A stretch of 64,000 bases of DNA from a bacterium (GTDB lineage Bacteria; UBA8248), in the NCBI GenBank assembly GCA_965202625.1, contig CBDBBI010000010.1:128001-192000 (forward strand). The letters are read 5' to 3'. The notes beneath the pieces were generated by a model, which saw only the letters and a list, made by a program, of their open reading frames with translations, searched no databases and was not told the origin of the DNA. Each line of letters begins with the position of its first letter. Position 1 is the stretch's first letter. The translations under genes were made by a program, and so were the position numbers. Of the stretch, positions 31,059 to 41,570 are shown piece after piece.

Positions 31059-31754
31059 TTACAGTTTTTTCAGGATGATGACGCGGCGATAGTCCGTCCA
31101 AAGGCGCGAGAATCCGAAATTCTCCTGTATCCACGCGAAAGTCTCCAGCCGGTAGAAGCACAGGTGGGTGAAGTCGCGCCTGTAGTGCCAGTTGTTCATG
31201 AAAAGCGTCTTGTCCCAGAACGCCGTCATGACGGCGAGGAGGCCGCCGGTTTTGAGGTTGTCATGGATTTTCCAGAGTTGCTCGGCCGGACGCCTGAAAT
31301 GCTCGAACGTCTCGCTTGACGCGATGAAGTCGAAGGGGCCGTCGGGCATTTCGGGGAAGAAAAACGGATCGAAGGGCAGGCACTCCAGCCCGGCGTTTTT
31401 CAGGATTTCACATAAGGCGGGGTGCGCGTCGGGGGCGGGGCCGGCGCCGAAATCAAGACCCCGCACGCCTTTGCGCGCTATTCTCGCCAGAGGAGCGCTG
31501 AGCTGTTCCAGAAAGGCGACGTAGCTTTTATCCGTCACCGAGTTTTGGTGTTGCTCGTATCTCACTTTTTCCTCATCGGAGGCGGGCCAGAATGTTCGGG
31601 GAACGAAAATGAGCCGGCAGACGGAGCAAAGAAAATAATCTCGCATCTCGGCGTGAAGATAGAGACGGCACGCATTGCTCCGGCACAAGGGGCAGGCTTT
31701 TACCGTCGCGTTCGTCGGGAGCCGGTGCGGTGTTCTCGTCATTTTAGAGGCCAT
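31059..31754 (-). CDS. class I SAM-dependent methyltransferase with N-terminal Zn-finger
   Basis: CPLC...CSVC, EE..RY..HQN, GLDFGAG, E.FEHF, WHYRRD.TH..FY. Confidence 0.88.
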   Translation of the reverse strand: MASKMTRTPHRLPTNATVKACPLCRSNACRLYLHAEMRDYFLCSVCRLIFVPRTFWPASDEEKVRYEQHQNSVTDKSYVAFLEQLSAPLARIARKGVRGLDFGAGPAPDAHPALCEILKNAGLECLPFDPFFFPEMPDGPFDFIASSETFEHFRRPAEQLWKIHDNLKTGGLLAVMTAFWDKTLFMNNWHYRRDFTHLCFYRLETFAWIQENFGFSRLWTDYRRVIILKKL

Positions 31755-31928
31755 GCGGCGGATGAAAACAAGAGCAGTCCACGATTGGAGATTGATGGGC
31801 GTTGGGACGCCATGAAATCACTTGATGCGATTGTATCGGCTCGCATTTTTTCGGACAACGAAGGGATGGGGCGGAGGGTACGTGGTCGCTCGCTTTCCGC
31901 CCTGGGTTGAAGTTCTTGGCACTTCGTG

Positions 31929-31958
31929 TTGACACTCCCGCGCGCCATCCCCTAGCGT
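31929..31958 (+). promoter_or_regulatory. sigma70-like promoter for the SDR-HAD-def operon
   Basis: TTGACA-N18-TAGCGT. Confidence 0.35.
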
Positions 31959-32037
31959 GTGTCGCTCTTGTCAGAGCACTCGCAAGAGCGGCGCGCGTCG
32001 TCGTTCCCAGGTTTCGTCATCGCCAGAGGGCGCGAAG

Positions 32038-32802
32038 TTGGTATGGGGTAGGTTTCGTCTGGACGGAAAAGCGGCGCTGGTCACGGGAGCGGGCACGGGT
32101 CTGGGCGCCGCCATGGCGAGGGGGCTGGCGGAGGCGGGCGCGGACGTGGCCGCTTTGGGGAGGCGGGCGCGCTTGGTGTCCGAGACGGCGCGCCAGATTG
32201 AAGGATTCGGGCGTGGGGCGCTCGCCATTTCTGCGGACGTCACCCAGGCGGAGGAGGTGAAGCGTGCCGTGTCCCGAGTGGAGGAAACCTTGGGCGGCAT
32301 TGACGTTTTGATTAACGCGGCGGGCGTGCTGAACGCGGACGCGAGCGTGGACGTGTCGCCGGAGGATTTTCGCTTCGTGCTCGACGTGAACCTGACGGGG
32401 GCGTTTTTGTGCGCTCAGGCCGTAGGGCGCGGTATGCTGGAGCGCGGCGGGGGCAGCATCGTGAACGTGGGCACCTTTCTGGGTGAGCGGGGGCATCGGC
32501 CCGCCCGCGCGGCCTACAACGCGAGCAAATACGGCGTCGTGGGCCTCACAAAGTCGCTCGCGGCGGAGTGGGGCGGCGGAGGCGTGCGCGTGAACTGCAT
32601 CTGTCCGGGGGTCCATCGCACGCCCATGCTCGCGCCCGCGCTTGAGGACCCGGCGGTCGAGGAGCGGCTCAAGGAGAAGACGATTCTGGGGCGCGTGGGC
32701 GAGCCCGAGGACATCGTGGGTCTGACGGTTTTTTTGGCATCGGACGCATCGGCCTACGTCACGGGCGCGCGCATTTTTGAGGACGGAGGGGGATGGTTGT
32801 GA
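32038..32802 (+). CDS. SDR family oxidoreductase
   Basis: LVTGAGTGLG, INAAG, YNASK, VRVNCICPG; start approximate. Confidence 0.92.
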   Translation: MVWGRFRLDGKAALVTGAGTGLGAAMARGLAEAGADVAALGRRARLVSETARQIEGFGRGALAISADVTQAEEVKRAVSRVEETLGGIDVLINAAGVLNADASVDVSPEDFRFVLDVNLTGAFLCAQAVGRGMLERGGGSIVNVGTFLGERGHRPARAAYNASKYGVVGLTKSLAAEWGGGGVRVNCICPGVHRTPMLAPALEDPAVEERLKEKTILGRVGEPEDIVGLTVFLASDASAYVTGARIFEDGGGWL

Positions 32803-33530
32803 CGCCCGCCGAGAGGCCCGAGCTGGGGGCGATCATCTTTGATTTTGACGGGACTATCGCGGACAGCGAGCCGCTCCATCTGGCGGCGTTCCAGGCGGTG
32901 CTCGCGGATGAGTTGGACTTGATCCTCTCCGAGGAAGAATACGCGGAGCGCTACCTTGCCTTCGACGACAGGCTCCTGTTCACGCATCTTTTGCGGGACC
33001 GCGACGTGGCGGTAAGCCCTGAGCGCCTTGAGCAGCTTCTGGAGCAAAAGGAGGCGCGATATCGAGAAATCGCCCTCTCACCCAGAATTCTGCCGGGAGC
33101 GGCTGAAATGATACGGGCGACCTCGGCGTGCTGGCCCCTGGCGATAGCAAGTGGTGCCTTGGGGCATGAGGTGAGGTCTGTGCTGGAGCGGGTAGGTTTG
33201 CTGGATTGTTTCGGGGTCGTCGTGACGGCGGAGATGGTGAGCCGGGGAAAACCGGACCCCGAGAGTTTTCTGGCCGCCCTGGAGCGGATAAACGAAAGCG
33301 GGGAGGAGCCGATACCGGCCCGCTCGTGTCTGGTGGTGGAGGATTCGGTGGCCGGCGTCCGATCGGGCAGGGCCGCCGGTATGAGGACGCTCGCGGTGAC
33401 GACGAGCTATCCCGCCGGGAAACTTGCGATAGCGGATCGCGTGGTGGCGTCGCTTGAGGAGACCGTGGACCCGGGCGCCTTGTCCGCTTGGTTCGCCGCT
33501 TTGCCCGCCGCCTCGCCCGAAGGCGGATAG
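32793..33530 (+). CDS. HAD family phosphatase
   Basis: FDFDGTIADSE, AIASG, GKPDPE, VVEDS..GV. Confidence 0.92.
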   Translation: MVVTPAERPELGAIIFDFDGTIADSEPLHLAAFQAVLADELDLILSEEEYAERYLAFDDRLLFTHLLRDRDVAVSPERLEQLLEQKEARYREIALSPRILPGAAEMIRATSACWPLAIASGALGHEVRSVLERVGLLDCFGVVVTAEMVSRGKPDPESFLAALERINESGEEPIPARSCLVVEDSVAGVRSGRAAGMRTLAVTTSYPAGKLAIADRVVASLEETVDPGALSAWFAALPAASPEGG

Positions 33531-33540
33531 GAGACGGAAG

Positions 33541-34071
33541 ATGTCGATTCTGAAGGTAGCCTGCCTGGGTCATCCCGTTTTGCGCGAGAAGGCGCGCGAG
33601 CTCGCGCCGGAGGAGATGCGCGGTGCGGGTTTTGCGGCCCTGGTGGAGGACATGATGCACACCATGGTGGAATATGCGGGCGTGGGCCTGGCCGCTCCAC
33701 AGACGCACCACGGGCTGCGGCTGTTCGTCATGCAGCCCGACCTGAAGGACGAGGAAACGTTGCGCGTGGCTGTGAACCCCAAGGTGACGCCCCTGGGGGC
33801 GGAGGGATGGGAAGGATGGGAGGGGTGTCTCAGCATCCCTGACTTGCACGGACGGGTTCCGCGCAACGATCGCGTGCGCCTTGAGGCCTTCGACGCGCGC
33901 GGCCAAACGTATTCAGAGGAGCTGGAGGGCTTCGCCGCGCGCGTGTGCCAGCATGAATACGACCATCTCGATGGAGTGGTGTTTCTCGACCGGATGCGTG
34001 ATTTCCTCAACCTTTCCTTCGGCGAGGAGTATCGCAGATATCACGCCGGGAGACCCAAGAAAGCCGAGTGA
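33541..34071 (+). CDS. def: peptide deformylase
   Basis: GVGLAAPQ, EGCLS, QHEYDHLDG. Confidence 0.95.
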   Translation: MSILKVACLGHPVLREKARELAPEEMRGAGFAALVEDMMHTMVEYAGVGLAAPQTHHGLRLFVMQPDLKDEETLRVAVNPKVTPLGAEGWEGWEGCLSIPDLHGRVPRNDRVRLEAFDARGQTYSEELEGFAARVCQHEYDHLDGVVFLDRMRDFLNLSFGEEYRRYHAGRPKKAE

Positions 34072-34253
34072 GTTGGCTCGGTGGCCGCGCCGTCCGTTTT
34101 TTCGCTGCATTCCGCAGTCTCCTCTGCGAGGAGAAGCTCCAGTTCCACGCAGCACATGTTGCAGACAGGGCCGTTCCCGTAGGTGGTTTCCTCAAACACG
34201 TGCCCTTGAAACTGGCGATGGCAGTGGGGACACACCCAATCGTAGTAGTTCAT
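34041..34253 (-). CDS. small Cys-rich (zinc-ribbon-like) protein
   Basis: AAGGAG RBS; MNYYDWVCPHC...VCNMCC plus acidic tail; 70 aa. Confidence 0.55.
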   Translation of the reverse strand: MNYYDWVCPHCHRQFQGHVFEETTYGNGPVCNMCCVELELLLAEETAECSEKTDGAATEPTHSAFLGLPA

Positions 34254-34507
34254 GGCGCTCTCCTTCTGCGGCTTGCTCACTTGATGAAGAGACGTAACCC
34301 CTTGCAGATAATATACGTCTCGCAGCTGCGGCTTCGCCATGCGCGGGGCGCGTTATTTCTGGTGAAATGTCCATATGGATGAGAAAGCGACGCGGATCGG
34401 ACCCTTCCGCTCGCCGCATGGGGCTTAGGGTGGAGCGATCGACGGGAGCGACTCGCTTTTGAATGCCTTGCCGAGGGTTCATCATAAGAAGTATGGAGAC
34501 GCGCTTT

Positions 34508-37500
34508 ATGGACAGAAGCAAGGAAATCCTCTTTGAGGTTTCGAAGGACGCCCTCCTTGTGGCGAACGGCGGCAGTCCCTTCTCCCGCACGGGGGTGATC
34601 AGCGTCTGCGCTTCCCACCTCAGCGACAAGCGGTCGGATGGCGAAGAAAATACCGAGGTAATGGATAATTTTAAGGACGCCAATGGCGAAAATGTCGCCG
34701 ATGACCAACTTATCCAGGCTATTCTTCGCAGGGAGTTGAATACCTATAAAGGAGACCAGAATCGCATCACGTCCGATTTTCGGGGCGAAGATGAAACTAC
34801 TCGGGACTATGGCGGCCGATTCGTCTGGGAGCTTTTACAAAACGCCGACGACGCTATGAAGCCAAAAGGGTCCGGGGGCAATTTCATCGGCTCAAAGGGC
34901 CTGGGCTTCAAGGCGGTGCTGGAAGTCACGGATGAGCCAGAGGTTCATTCATATCCCTTTCATTTCCGGTTTTCCTCGCGGGCAACCCAGGTGCTTTTGA
35001 AAAACGAGAAGTTGAATGATTCTCCGCTTCCCTTGACGTTCCGCATTCCCCATGCGCATGAGCCAGAGCAGAGAATCAAAGAGCTTTTGGAGGAGGGCTA
35101 TGCGACCGTCATTCGTCTTCCGTTTCGGGATGCCAAGCGCGAGAAAAGGCGGTTGATCTGCTGGAAATCTTGGATCCCCTTTTCTTGCTTCTCGTTCACG
35201 AGTTGTCCAGCGTTCGCATCTGCACCTCGGAGGGCGAAACGCTCCACAGGATAGAGAGATGCGAACCGGGGATGTCGAGCGGCGATGCGAAGCTCTTTCT
35301 CCGCAATCTGGATGGTCCAGAGCAGACGACTTCGTGGCGGCGTTGGGTTTGGGTCCAAGACAAGCCGGCCAAAAACGGCAAACGGCTGACAGCGGCGATC
35401 TGTCTCCCGCTGGACGAGCAGAACGCCTCCGTTCCCCATGACAAAGACAAAGATATTCCCTTTCATGTTTTCTTTCCGACCGAGGAAGCAAGCGGAGTGC
35501 GCGCCCTCATCCACGCCTCGTTCGAGCTTGAGCAGAACCGAAAGCACGTCCGGGGCGGCGAACATGACGCCGTTATCATAGAAACGTTCAGCGAATTGTT
35601 TGAGAAAATGCTCAAAGACGATTCCGTTTCGGCTCGGACCGTTTTGGAGGCATTCGGAAAGGTCAAGTCCGATGCTGAGGGCGAAGATGATGAGAAGCCT
35701 CTCCATAAACTCTCGCAAAAAATATGGGATACGCTTTGCGAGGCGCCTTTCGTTCCCGTCATCGGCGGCGAGCGGGTCAAGCCCGCAGATGCGCGGCTTT
35801 GGGAAGACAGACTCGGTTTTGTCCTGCGGGACGATGCCCAGGAGGTGCAGAATGCGCGCCTCCTGGTGCCTGCACTTCGTGATCTGAAGAATATACTTGA
35901 GGGTTTCGGCGCCAAGGGCATTGAATCTAAGGTTTACATTCGCTTGCTCCTCCATTGCCGCAACGACTCGCTCAAGGAGTGTCTCGTGAGTTGGTGTGTG
36001 TTGATGAAGCGTATGTCGAAAATGGATTCTTTGCCCGAAAAAGAGCTGCGAAATATCCCCTGTTGGTGGATCGAGAAATCAGGAGAAGAGTCGGCGCGCG
36101 CGCTCGAGGGAGACCTCCCGCTGCTGCGCGCCCGACCAAAGAATTGGCCCGCCTGGCTGCCGGCTGACGCGCTGCATCCACGCATGAATAAAGCATGGAT
36201 GCGGTGGGAGAAAAAACTAGGCTCCACCAGTGCGAAGCCCGTCCAGACGCGCCTGCTGTGGGGTAATAAGCAGTTTCTTGATAAAGCATTGCTTCCATAC
36301 GTCGCCGAGTGGGACGACGAACGCTGGGATGCCGATGGGTGGAAAGCGTTAGGCCAGATTTCATTCTGGTGGAATAGTCGCAGCAAATTCGGGGACATAC
36401 CGCCGTATGTGCCGTATGTCGAGGACGAAGGCGATAAAGAACGCGCGGAGATAGCAAAAAAGCTGCGCCTCCCCACCGACAAGGGGTGGCTGCCCGCCGC
36501 CGACTGCTACGCCGGAGAGGCGTGGGGCGGGCCTCCGTCGTTTGATGAATTCTTCGCCAAGGCGGAGAAGCGGGGCCTCGTGCTTCCTTTTTCCGAATGG
36601 CGTGATTGTATCCCGAAAGAGAAAAAAGAGGACGAATGGAAATCCTTGCTGCGCTGGGCGGGAGTCTCCTGGGAGCCGAAAGTCCGGAGCGTCAAGTGTC
36701 CTCCGTGCGCGCACGATTTGGTTTCGGAATATAAGGAGGGATACGGGAATAGTGTGCGGTCTCGTCATAGCTACGGAATTGATTATTGGAAACGCGATCG
36801 TTGGAAATACAACTGGGTGGTCGAGTATTTCCCGCAGTGTGTTCAGGGCGCCTATGACGACCGGAAGCCATGGAGCATCATTCGAATGATGCTCCCTCTT
36901 GTGAAGGCCGCAAAAAAATACAAAGCACTCTATAAGTATCATTCACTACATAAATGGAAAAGTTTCGCATCTTATCAGCTTCGACATGAGAAATGGCTGC
37001 CCTGCGAGCCGGGGCTTTTGCATCATGAGAGACGTGTCGCTCCGAGCACCGCTTTCCTGCCGCGCAAGGGCCTGAGCAGAATGTTTCCCGAAGTGGACAA
37101 AAGATGTATCGGCGACGAGGAATGGGATCAGGGTATTGAGAAGGAATTGAGCAAAGCGGGGGTCCAGCGCGAGCTGCCCGATGAGCCGGCGGAGTGGCAT
37201 AAGTGGATGCGCAAGCTTTCGGACTTGCGCAAGCAGTTGAGTGAGAGCGACAAAGACGCCCCTGGGAGCCTGGAAGACGGCAGATTGTGGAAAGCCGCCG
37301 ATGCTCTTTATCGCGGATACCTGAAAATTGATGGAGACAAAGGTTTTCCCGAAGACATCCATGTTCCATGCCGTTCCTGGAATAATGATCGTGAGGTGTT
37401 GGCGTTCTCCCCACCCGAACACGCCTATTACGTCGATGCGCCGGATTTAGAGGAGGTGAAACGGGAGATCGTCAAAAAATATGATCTATTCATCATCTCA

Positions 37501-38862
37501 CTTGATGCGGGTGCAAAGGCGCCTGAGCGGCTGGGAGTTCAGCCGCTCTCCGCGCATTTGAAAGCCAAGCCGCTCTTTGATTTCGTGATAAGCGGGGAGA
37601 CCGAAAAACTTCTTGAGCGCTATCTTGAACGGTGCCAGGGTCTCTCTCTCGCTGCAAAACTGAAAAATCCTCTGCCCGAGGAGCTGTCCCTTGCCGCCGT
37701 GCGGGGGTTGCGGTTGGAGTTGACCGGCAATGGTGAGAACGTGGCCTCGGTTCATGTGTTCTCCTGGAAGCCGGAGGAACGCGAGTTGCTGGTCAATCTC
37801 GACAAAGGCAAAGGCGGGTGGAAGGCGTTAGCACATGGGCTGGCCAGGTGGGTGGCGAAAAAAAAGGAAGCCAAATCTTTATTCGAGCTTCTACTGGGTG
37901 AAGATGACAAGGAAGAATATCTGGACCGTCTCCGCGAGGAAGGAGTAACCGAAGAAGATATAGAGGCTGCATCCGAGAAGTTTCGCGTGAACGGGGTGGG
38001 GGGTGGAAATTCCACTTCTGGGGGACAACAGACGCAGGAATATCGCGACATTCAGGAAGAAGATAGGAATGGGGGGACGGTCTTTAATAATAAGGGCGAC
38101 CAAGGAGAACGGGAGGTTGTCGACCCTCCACCCGGTCCGATGCACGACGGTGGCAACCAGCGAGAGACATACGCCCACGATTCAGGTGGAGGAGGCAGCG
38201 AGGGTGTGAAGTCGGGGTCGCTCTCGCCAGAGACACGCGACGACAATTCGGGTAGAGGGGGCCGAACGCAGGGACCCAACCCCGAAACGGGCAGGACGGC
38301 GGAGGATTGGTTCGAGGAAATACTTCAGGGAAAATTTCCCCAATGCAGGAGAGGTGAGAGAGATGATGGGAACAGGGAGAGTGACTTCGTAATCCCTGGG
38401 GACGCGGAAATTCCTATGGAAATCCATATTGAGGTAAAGCACGCGAAAAGCGGCCCCTGGACGTTCTATTGGTCTGGTGGCCAGTGTGAAAAAGCGCGCG
38501 ACCTTGAGAGGAGTTCCGATAAAAAATACATAATGGCCATCCTCTCTCCTGATGGAGAGAAAAACTATGAGATTCGCTGGATATGGCGTCCCCTTGACCA
38601 ATTGAAGGACATGAAGCGCAATGTCCAATGGAAGGGCGACATCAATTATGAACTGTGCAAAGGAAAGGACTGGGAGGTTACGGGGCCCGATGAGGTTCCC
38701 GTCAAGGGGCACATCTTCCGCATCACGCTGAACGACGCGATGCGCGAAAATCTCCCCCAGGACACAGAGGCACTTGACCGGTTGGGCGAAAAGATTTCTG
38801 AATGGTGCCCAAGGCCGGACTCGAACCGACACGGGGTTGCCCCCACTAGCCCCTCAAGCTAG
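34508..38862 (+). CDS. sacsin-type GHKL ATPase with C-terminal DUF3883/NOV-like PD-(D/E)xK nuclease, split by a 1-nt frameshift near 35135
   Basis: LLVANGGSPFS, ELLQNADDA, IGSKGLGFKAV, TVIRLPFRD, PFHVFFPT, LIHASFEL..NRK; C-terminal TGRTAE...SDF...HIEVKH...FYWS; ORFs 34463-35254 and 35170-38862 join by one base. Confidence 0.8.
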
Positions 38863-38889
38863 CGTGTCTACCTGTTCCACCACTTGGGC
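38803..38889 (-). tRNA. tRNA-Leu (anticodon GAG)
   Basis: GCCCAAG acceptor stem, CTAGC-TTGAGGG-GCTAG anticodon arm, long variable arm, GGTTCGAGTCC T-arm, encoded 3' ACCA; 87 nt. Confidence 0.97.
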
Positions 38890-38937
38890 TGAGCCCCTTG
38901 AGCGTCCCCTGTGAGACGAACGTCCAAGGATGCGCTT

Positions 38938-38967
38938 ATATTGCGTCCCGCGGCACTGGGCTGTCAA
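38938..38967 (-). promoter_or_regulatory. probable tRNA promoter
   Basis: TTGACA-N18-CAATAT on the minus strand upstream of the tRNA. Confidence 0.4.
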
Positions 38968-39072
38968 CGCCCCTCTCCCATCGCTCCTCTCCGTCTGGCG
39001 TCCGAAACCGGCTCGCTCCGCGCCTAATGCGAGGCCGCCGCCGCTCTCCCCCGCCGCCCTGCGTGGATGGCG

Positions 39073-40578
39073 TCACCTGGCGTTTGACTTGGGGTTCATG
39101 GCGTCGCGCAGCCCCTCGCCGAAAAGGTTGAAGGCGAGCATGACGATGAGGATCGCCGAGCCTGGGATGAAGGTGAGCCAGGGGGCGTCGAAGATGTATT
39201 TCTTGCCGTCCGAGAAGATGTTGCCCCAGCTCGCCTGGGGTGGCGGAACGCCGAAACCCAGAAAACTCAAACTCGCCTCAGTCAGAATCGCGCCGGCGAT
39301 GCCGATGGTGGCCGAGACGAGGACGGGTGCCAGAGAGTTGGGGATGAGATAGCGGAAGATGATGAGGCCGTCCGAGCCGCCCGCCGCGCGCGCCGATTCC
39401 ACGAAGGGCTGCTCCCTGAGCGAGAGCACCTCCGCGCGCACGAAGCGCGCGGGACCCACCCAGCCGAGGAGGCCGATGACCACCATGATGATCCAGATGC
39501 TGGGCGTCAGGAGAGCTAGGACGGTGAGAAGCACGAAAAACGAGGGGAAGGAGAGCTGTACGTCCACGATGGTGGTGTAGATCACGTCCACCTTGGGCAG
39601 CCTGACGCGCCGCAAGCGCGCGGTGAGATCGAATTTCCGGTAGAGGAAAACGCAAGTGCCTGCGCCGGCGAGGGTGAGCCACAGATGCGTCCCGCGCCCC
39701 GGGTAGGCGAGGTAGAGGCCCGCCAAAAATACGATGAAAAACGCGACCCCTGCGCCGAATACCGCGCTGAGCGCGGCGCCGTCGAGCGCGTTCTCCTCCG
39801 CGCGCCGGCCCTGCGCCCCGCCGAAGGCGGCGAGTGCGATGAGGGGAGGGGCGCCCAGAAGTCCCTCGCGCCAATCCGGCGTGCGCACGCGCAGGCCAAA
39901 GTCGGAGGTGAAGCTCGTGAACTCGAACGGATCGAATCCGCCCAGCGCCAAGCCCAGGAGCGCGCCAAACGCCATGCCCTCCAGGAACAAGGAGCGTCCC
40001 GCGCCGCGCGCCCATAGCCCCGAGCCCGCGCCTATCGCGCAAAACAGCAAGGCGAGGAATCCCGCCTCGCTCCACACGGCGTAGCCCGTGAGCAAGGCGC
40101 CGAAGGAGCCGAACAGGGGCGATCCGCTGGGCTTGAACTCTCCATAGAATCCGGCGATTCCTCCTATCGCCACTCCAAGAAAGGTGGCGATGCCGATGGC
40201 GACGAAGCCTACGGACATTGAGATGAAGGCACCCTCCAGCATTCTCGCGAATACGTCCCGGCCCAGGTCGTCGGTGCCGAACACGTACACCCCCAGACGC
40301 GGAAGGTTCTCTGCGGGGATCACCTGGTCGTTCGGAGCGGAGAAGGGCGCTTTCAGCTTGTCGGCGAGGCGAACGACGTTGGCGTCGAACAAGGGCTCAC
40401 TCATGAGGGTGGAATTGATGAAGCCGAGCGCGGCGAGCCCGAAGAAGAGGATCAGGAGCGCTCCGCCGCCCATCGCCATCCTGTTGCGCTGCAAATGCCG
40501 CCATACGCGCTGGCGAGGGGTCAACTCCTCTCCCATCTCCTCTATCATCTCTCGCATCTCGTCGCGCGTATCGTTCAT
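39073..40578 (-). CDS. oligopeptide ABC transporter permease (OppC-like) with large insertion
   Basis: FGTDDLGRDVF.R, AR.VRAE.LSLRE..FVESARA.G, ILTEASLSFLG.G, FNL.GEGLRDA. Confidence 0.9.
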   Translation of the reverse strand: MNDTRDEMREMIEEMGEELTPRQRVWRHLQRNRMAMGGGALLILFFGLAALGFINSTLMSEPLFDANVVRLADKLKAPFSAPNDQVIPAENLPRLGVYVFGTDDLGRDVFARMLEGAFISMSVGFVAIGIATFLGVAIGGIAGFYGEFKPSGSPLFGSFGALLTGYAVWSEAGFLALLFCAIGAGSGLWARGAGRSLFLEGMAFGALLGLALGGFDPFEFTSFTSDFGLRVRTPDWREGLLGAPPLIALAAFGGAQGRRAEENALDGAALSAVFGAGVAFFIVFLAGLYLAYPGRGTHLWLTLAGAGTCVFLYRKFDLTARLRRVRLPKVDVIYTTIVDVQLSFPSFFVLLTVLALLTPSIWIIMVVIGLLGWVGPARFVRAEVLSLREQPFVESARAAGGSDGLIIFRYLIPNSLAPVLVSATIGIAGAILTEASLSFLGFGVPPPQASWGNIFSDGKKYIFDAPWLTFIPGSAILIVMLAFNLFGEGLRDAMNPKSNAR

Positions 40579-41570
40579 AGGCGGATTCTCGGGTCGACGA
40601 TGACCAGCAGGACGTCAGAGATGAACGTGCCGATGACGACCAGGATGGCGGACATGAAATTAAGGCTCAGGATGACGGGGTAGTCCCGCGCCAGAACGGC
40701 CTCGAAACCCATGCGCCCCATGCCGGGCCACGCGAAGATGTTCTCGATGATGACCGAGCCCCCGATCAGTCCGGGCAGAATAAGGCCGAACATGGTGACG
40801 AAAGGCAGCGCCGCGTTTCTCAGGGCGTGCACGTAGTTCACGGTGTTCTCGTCAATGCCCTTGGCGTGGGCCGTTCGGATGAAGTCTGAATCCATCACCT
40901 CGGCCATCTGGCCGCGCACGTAGCGCGAGAGCACGGCGATGCCGCCGATCGCCCCCACGAAGCTGGGCAGTACCAAATGCCAGATGCGATCGTTGATGCG
41001 AAACAAGGGCGAGGCGTCGCTTCTGCCAAAAGTTTCTATCCCCAGAACGGAGACCTCAAGCCCCGGCACCCGGTAGTCGGTGAACGGGATAGGGAACCCT
41101 TGCACCACGGCGATGATGAGAATGTAGGCGAGGAAGAAGCTCGGCATGGATATCATGAGGTAGCTCAGAAAGGTGGTGGAGCGGTCGAAGATGCTGTAGC
41201 GGCGCAGTGCACCGGTGATTCCGAGGGGAAAGGAAAGACCCCAGGTGATGATGGTGCCCACGATGAACAGGGGCAGGCTGATGAGGAAGCGTCGCCATAT
41301 CTTTCCGAAGACAGGCTGGTTGTCCTTGAGGCTCTTGAGTTCGCCGGTGAAGAATTTCTTGTAGAAGCGCCAGTATTGCACGGGAAGCGGCTTGTCCAGG
41401 TCGAAGGCGGCGCGGTAGCGGGCGAGGTCCTCTTTCGTGAAGCGGGGATTGAGGGGGTTAATCTGGCTCGGCTCGCCAGGTGCCAGGTGGATGATCAGGA
41501 AGCTGACGACCGAGATGATGAAGAGCGTCACAAACTTGAACAGCGAGGTTCGGATGATATAGGCGATCAA
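40575..41570 (-). CDS. oligopeptide ABC transporter permease (OppB-like)
   Basis: LAPG, LDKPLPVQY, FIRTAHAKG, HALRNA, IENIFAWPGMG, DPRIR. Confidence 0.92.
   Translation of the reverse strand: MIAYIIRTSLFKFVTLFIISVVSFLIIHLAPGEPSQINPLNPRFTKEDLARYRAAFDLDKPLPVQYWRFYKKFFTGELKSLKDNQPVFGKIWRRFLISLPLFIVGTIITWGLSFPLGITGALRRYSIFDRSTTFLSYLMISMPSFFLAYILIIAVVQGFPIPFTDYRVPGLEVSVLGIETFGRSDASPLFRINDRIWHLVLPSFVGAIGGIAVLSRYVRGQMAEVMDSDFIRTAHAKGIDENTVNYVHALRNAALPFVTMFGLILPGLIGGSVIIENIFAWPGMGRMGFEAVLARDYPVILSLNFMSAILVVIGTFISDVLLVIVDPRIRL

Noticed and set aside
34300-34500. Search for an attL/attR copy of the tRNA-Leu 3' end and an integrase
   Set aside because: No TGGTGCCC-like duplicate or recombinase ORF found by eye, so no mobile element is called.
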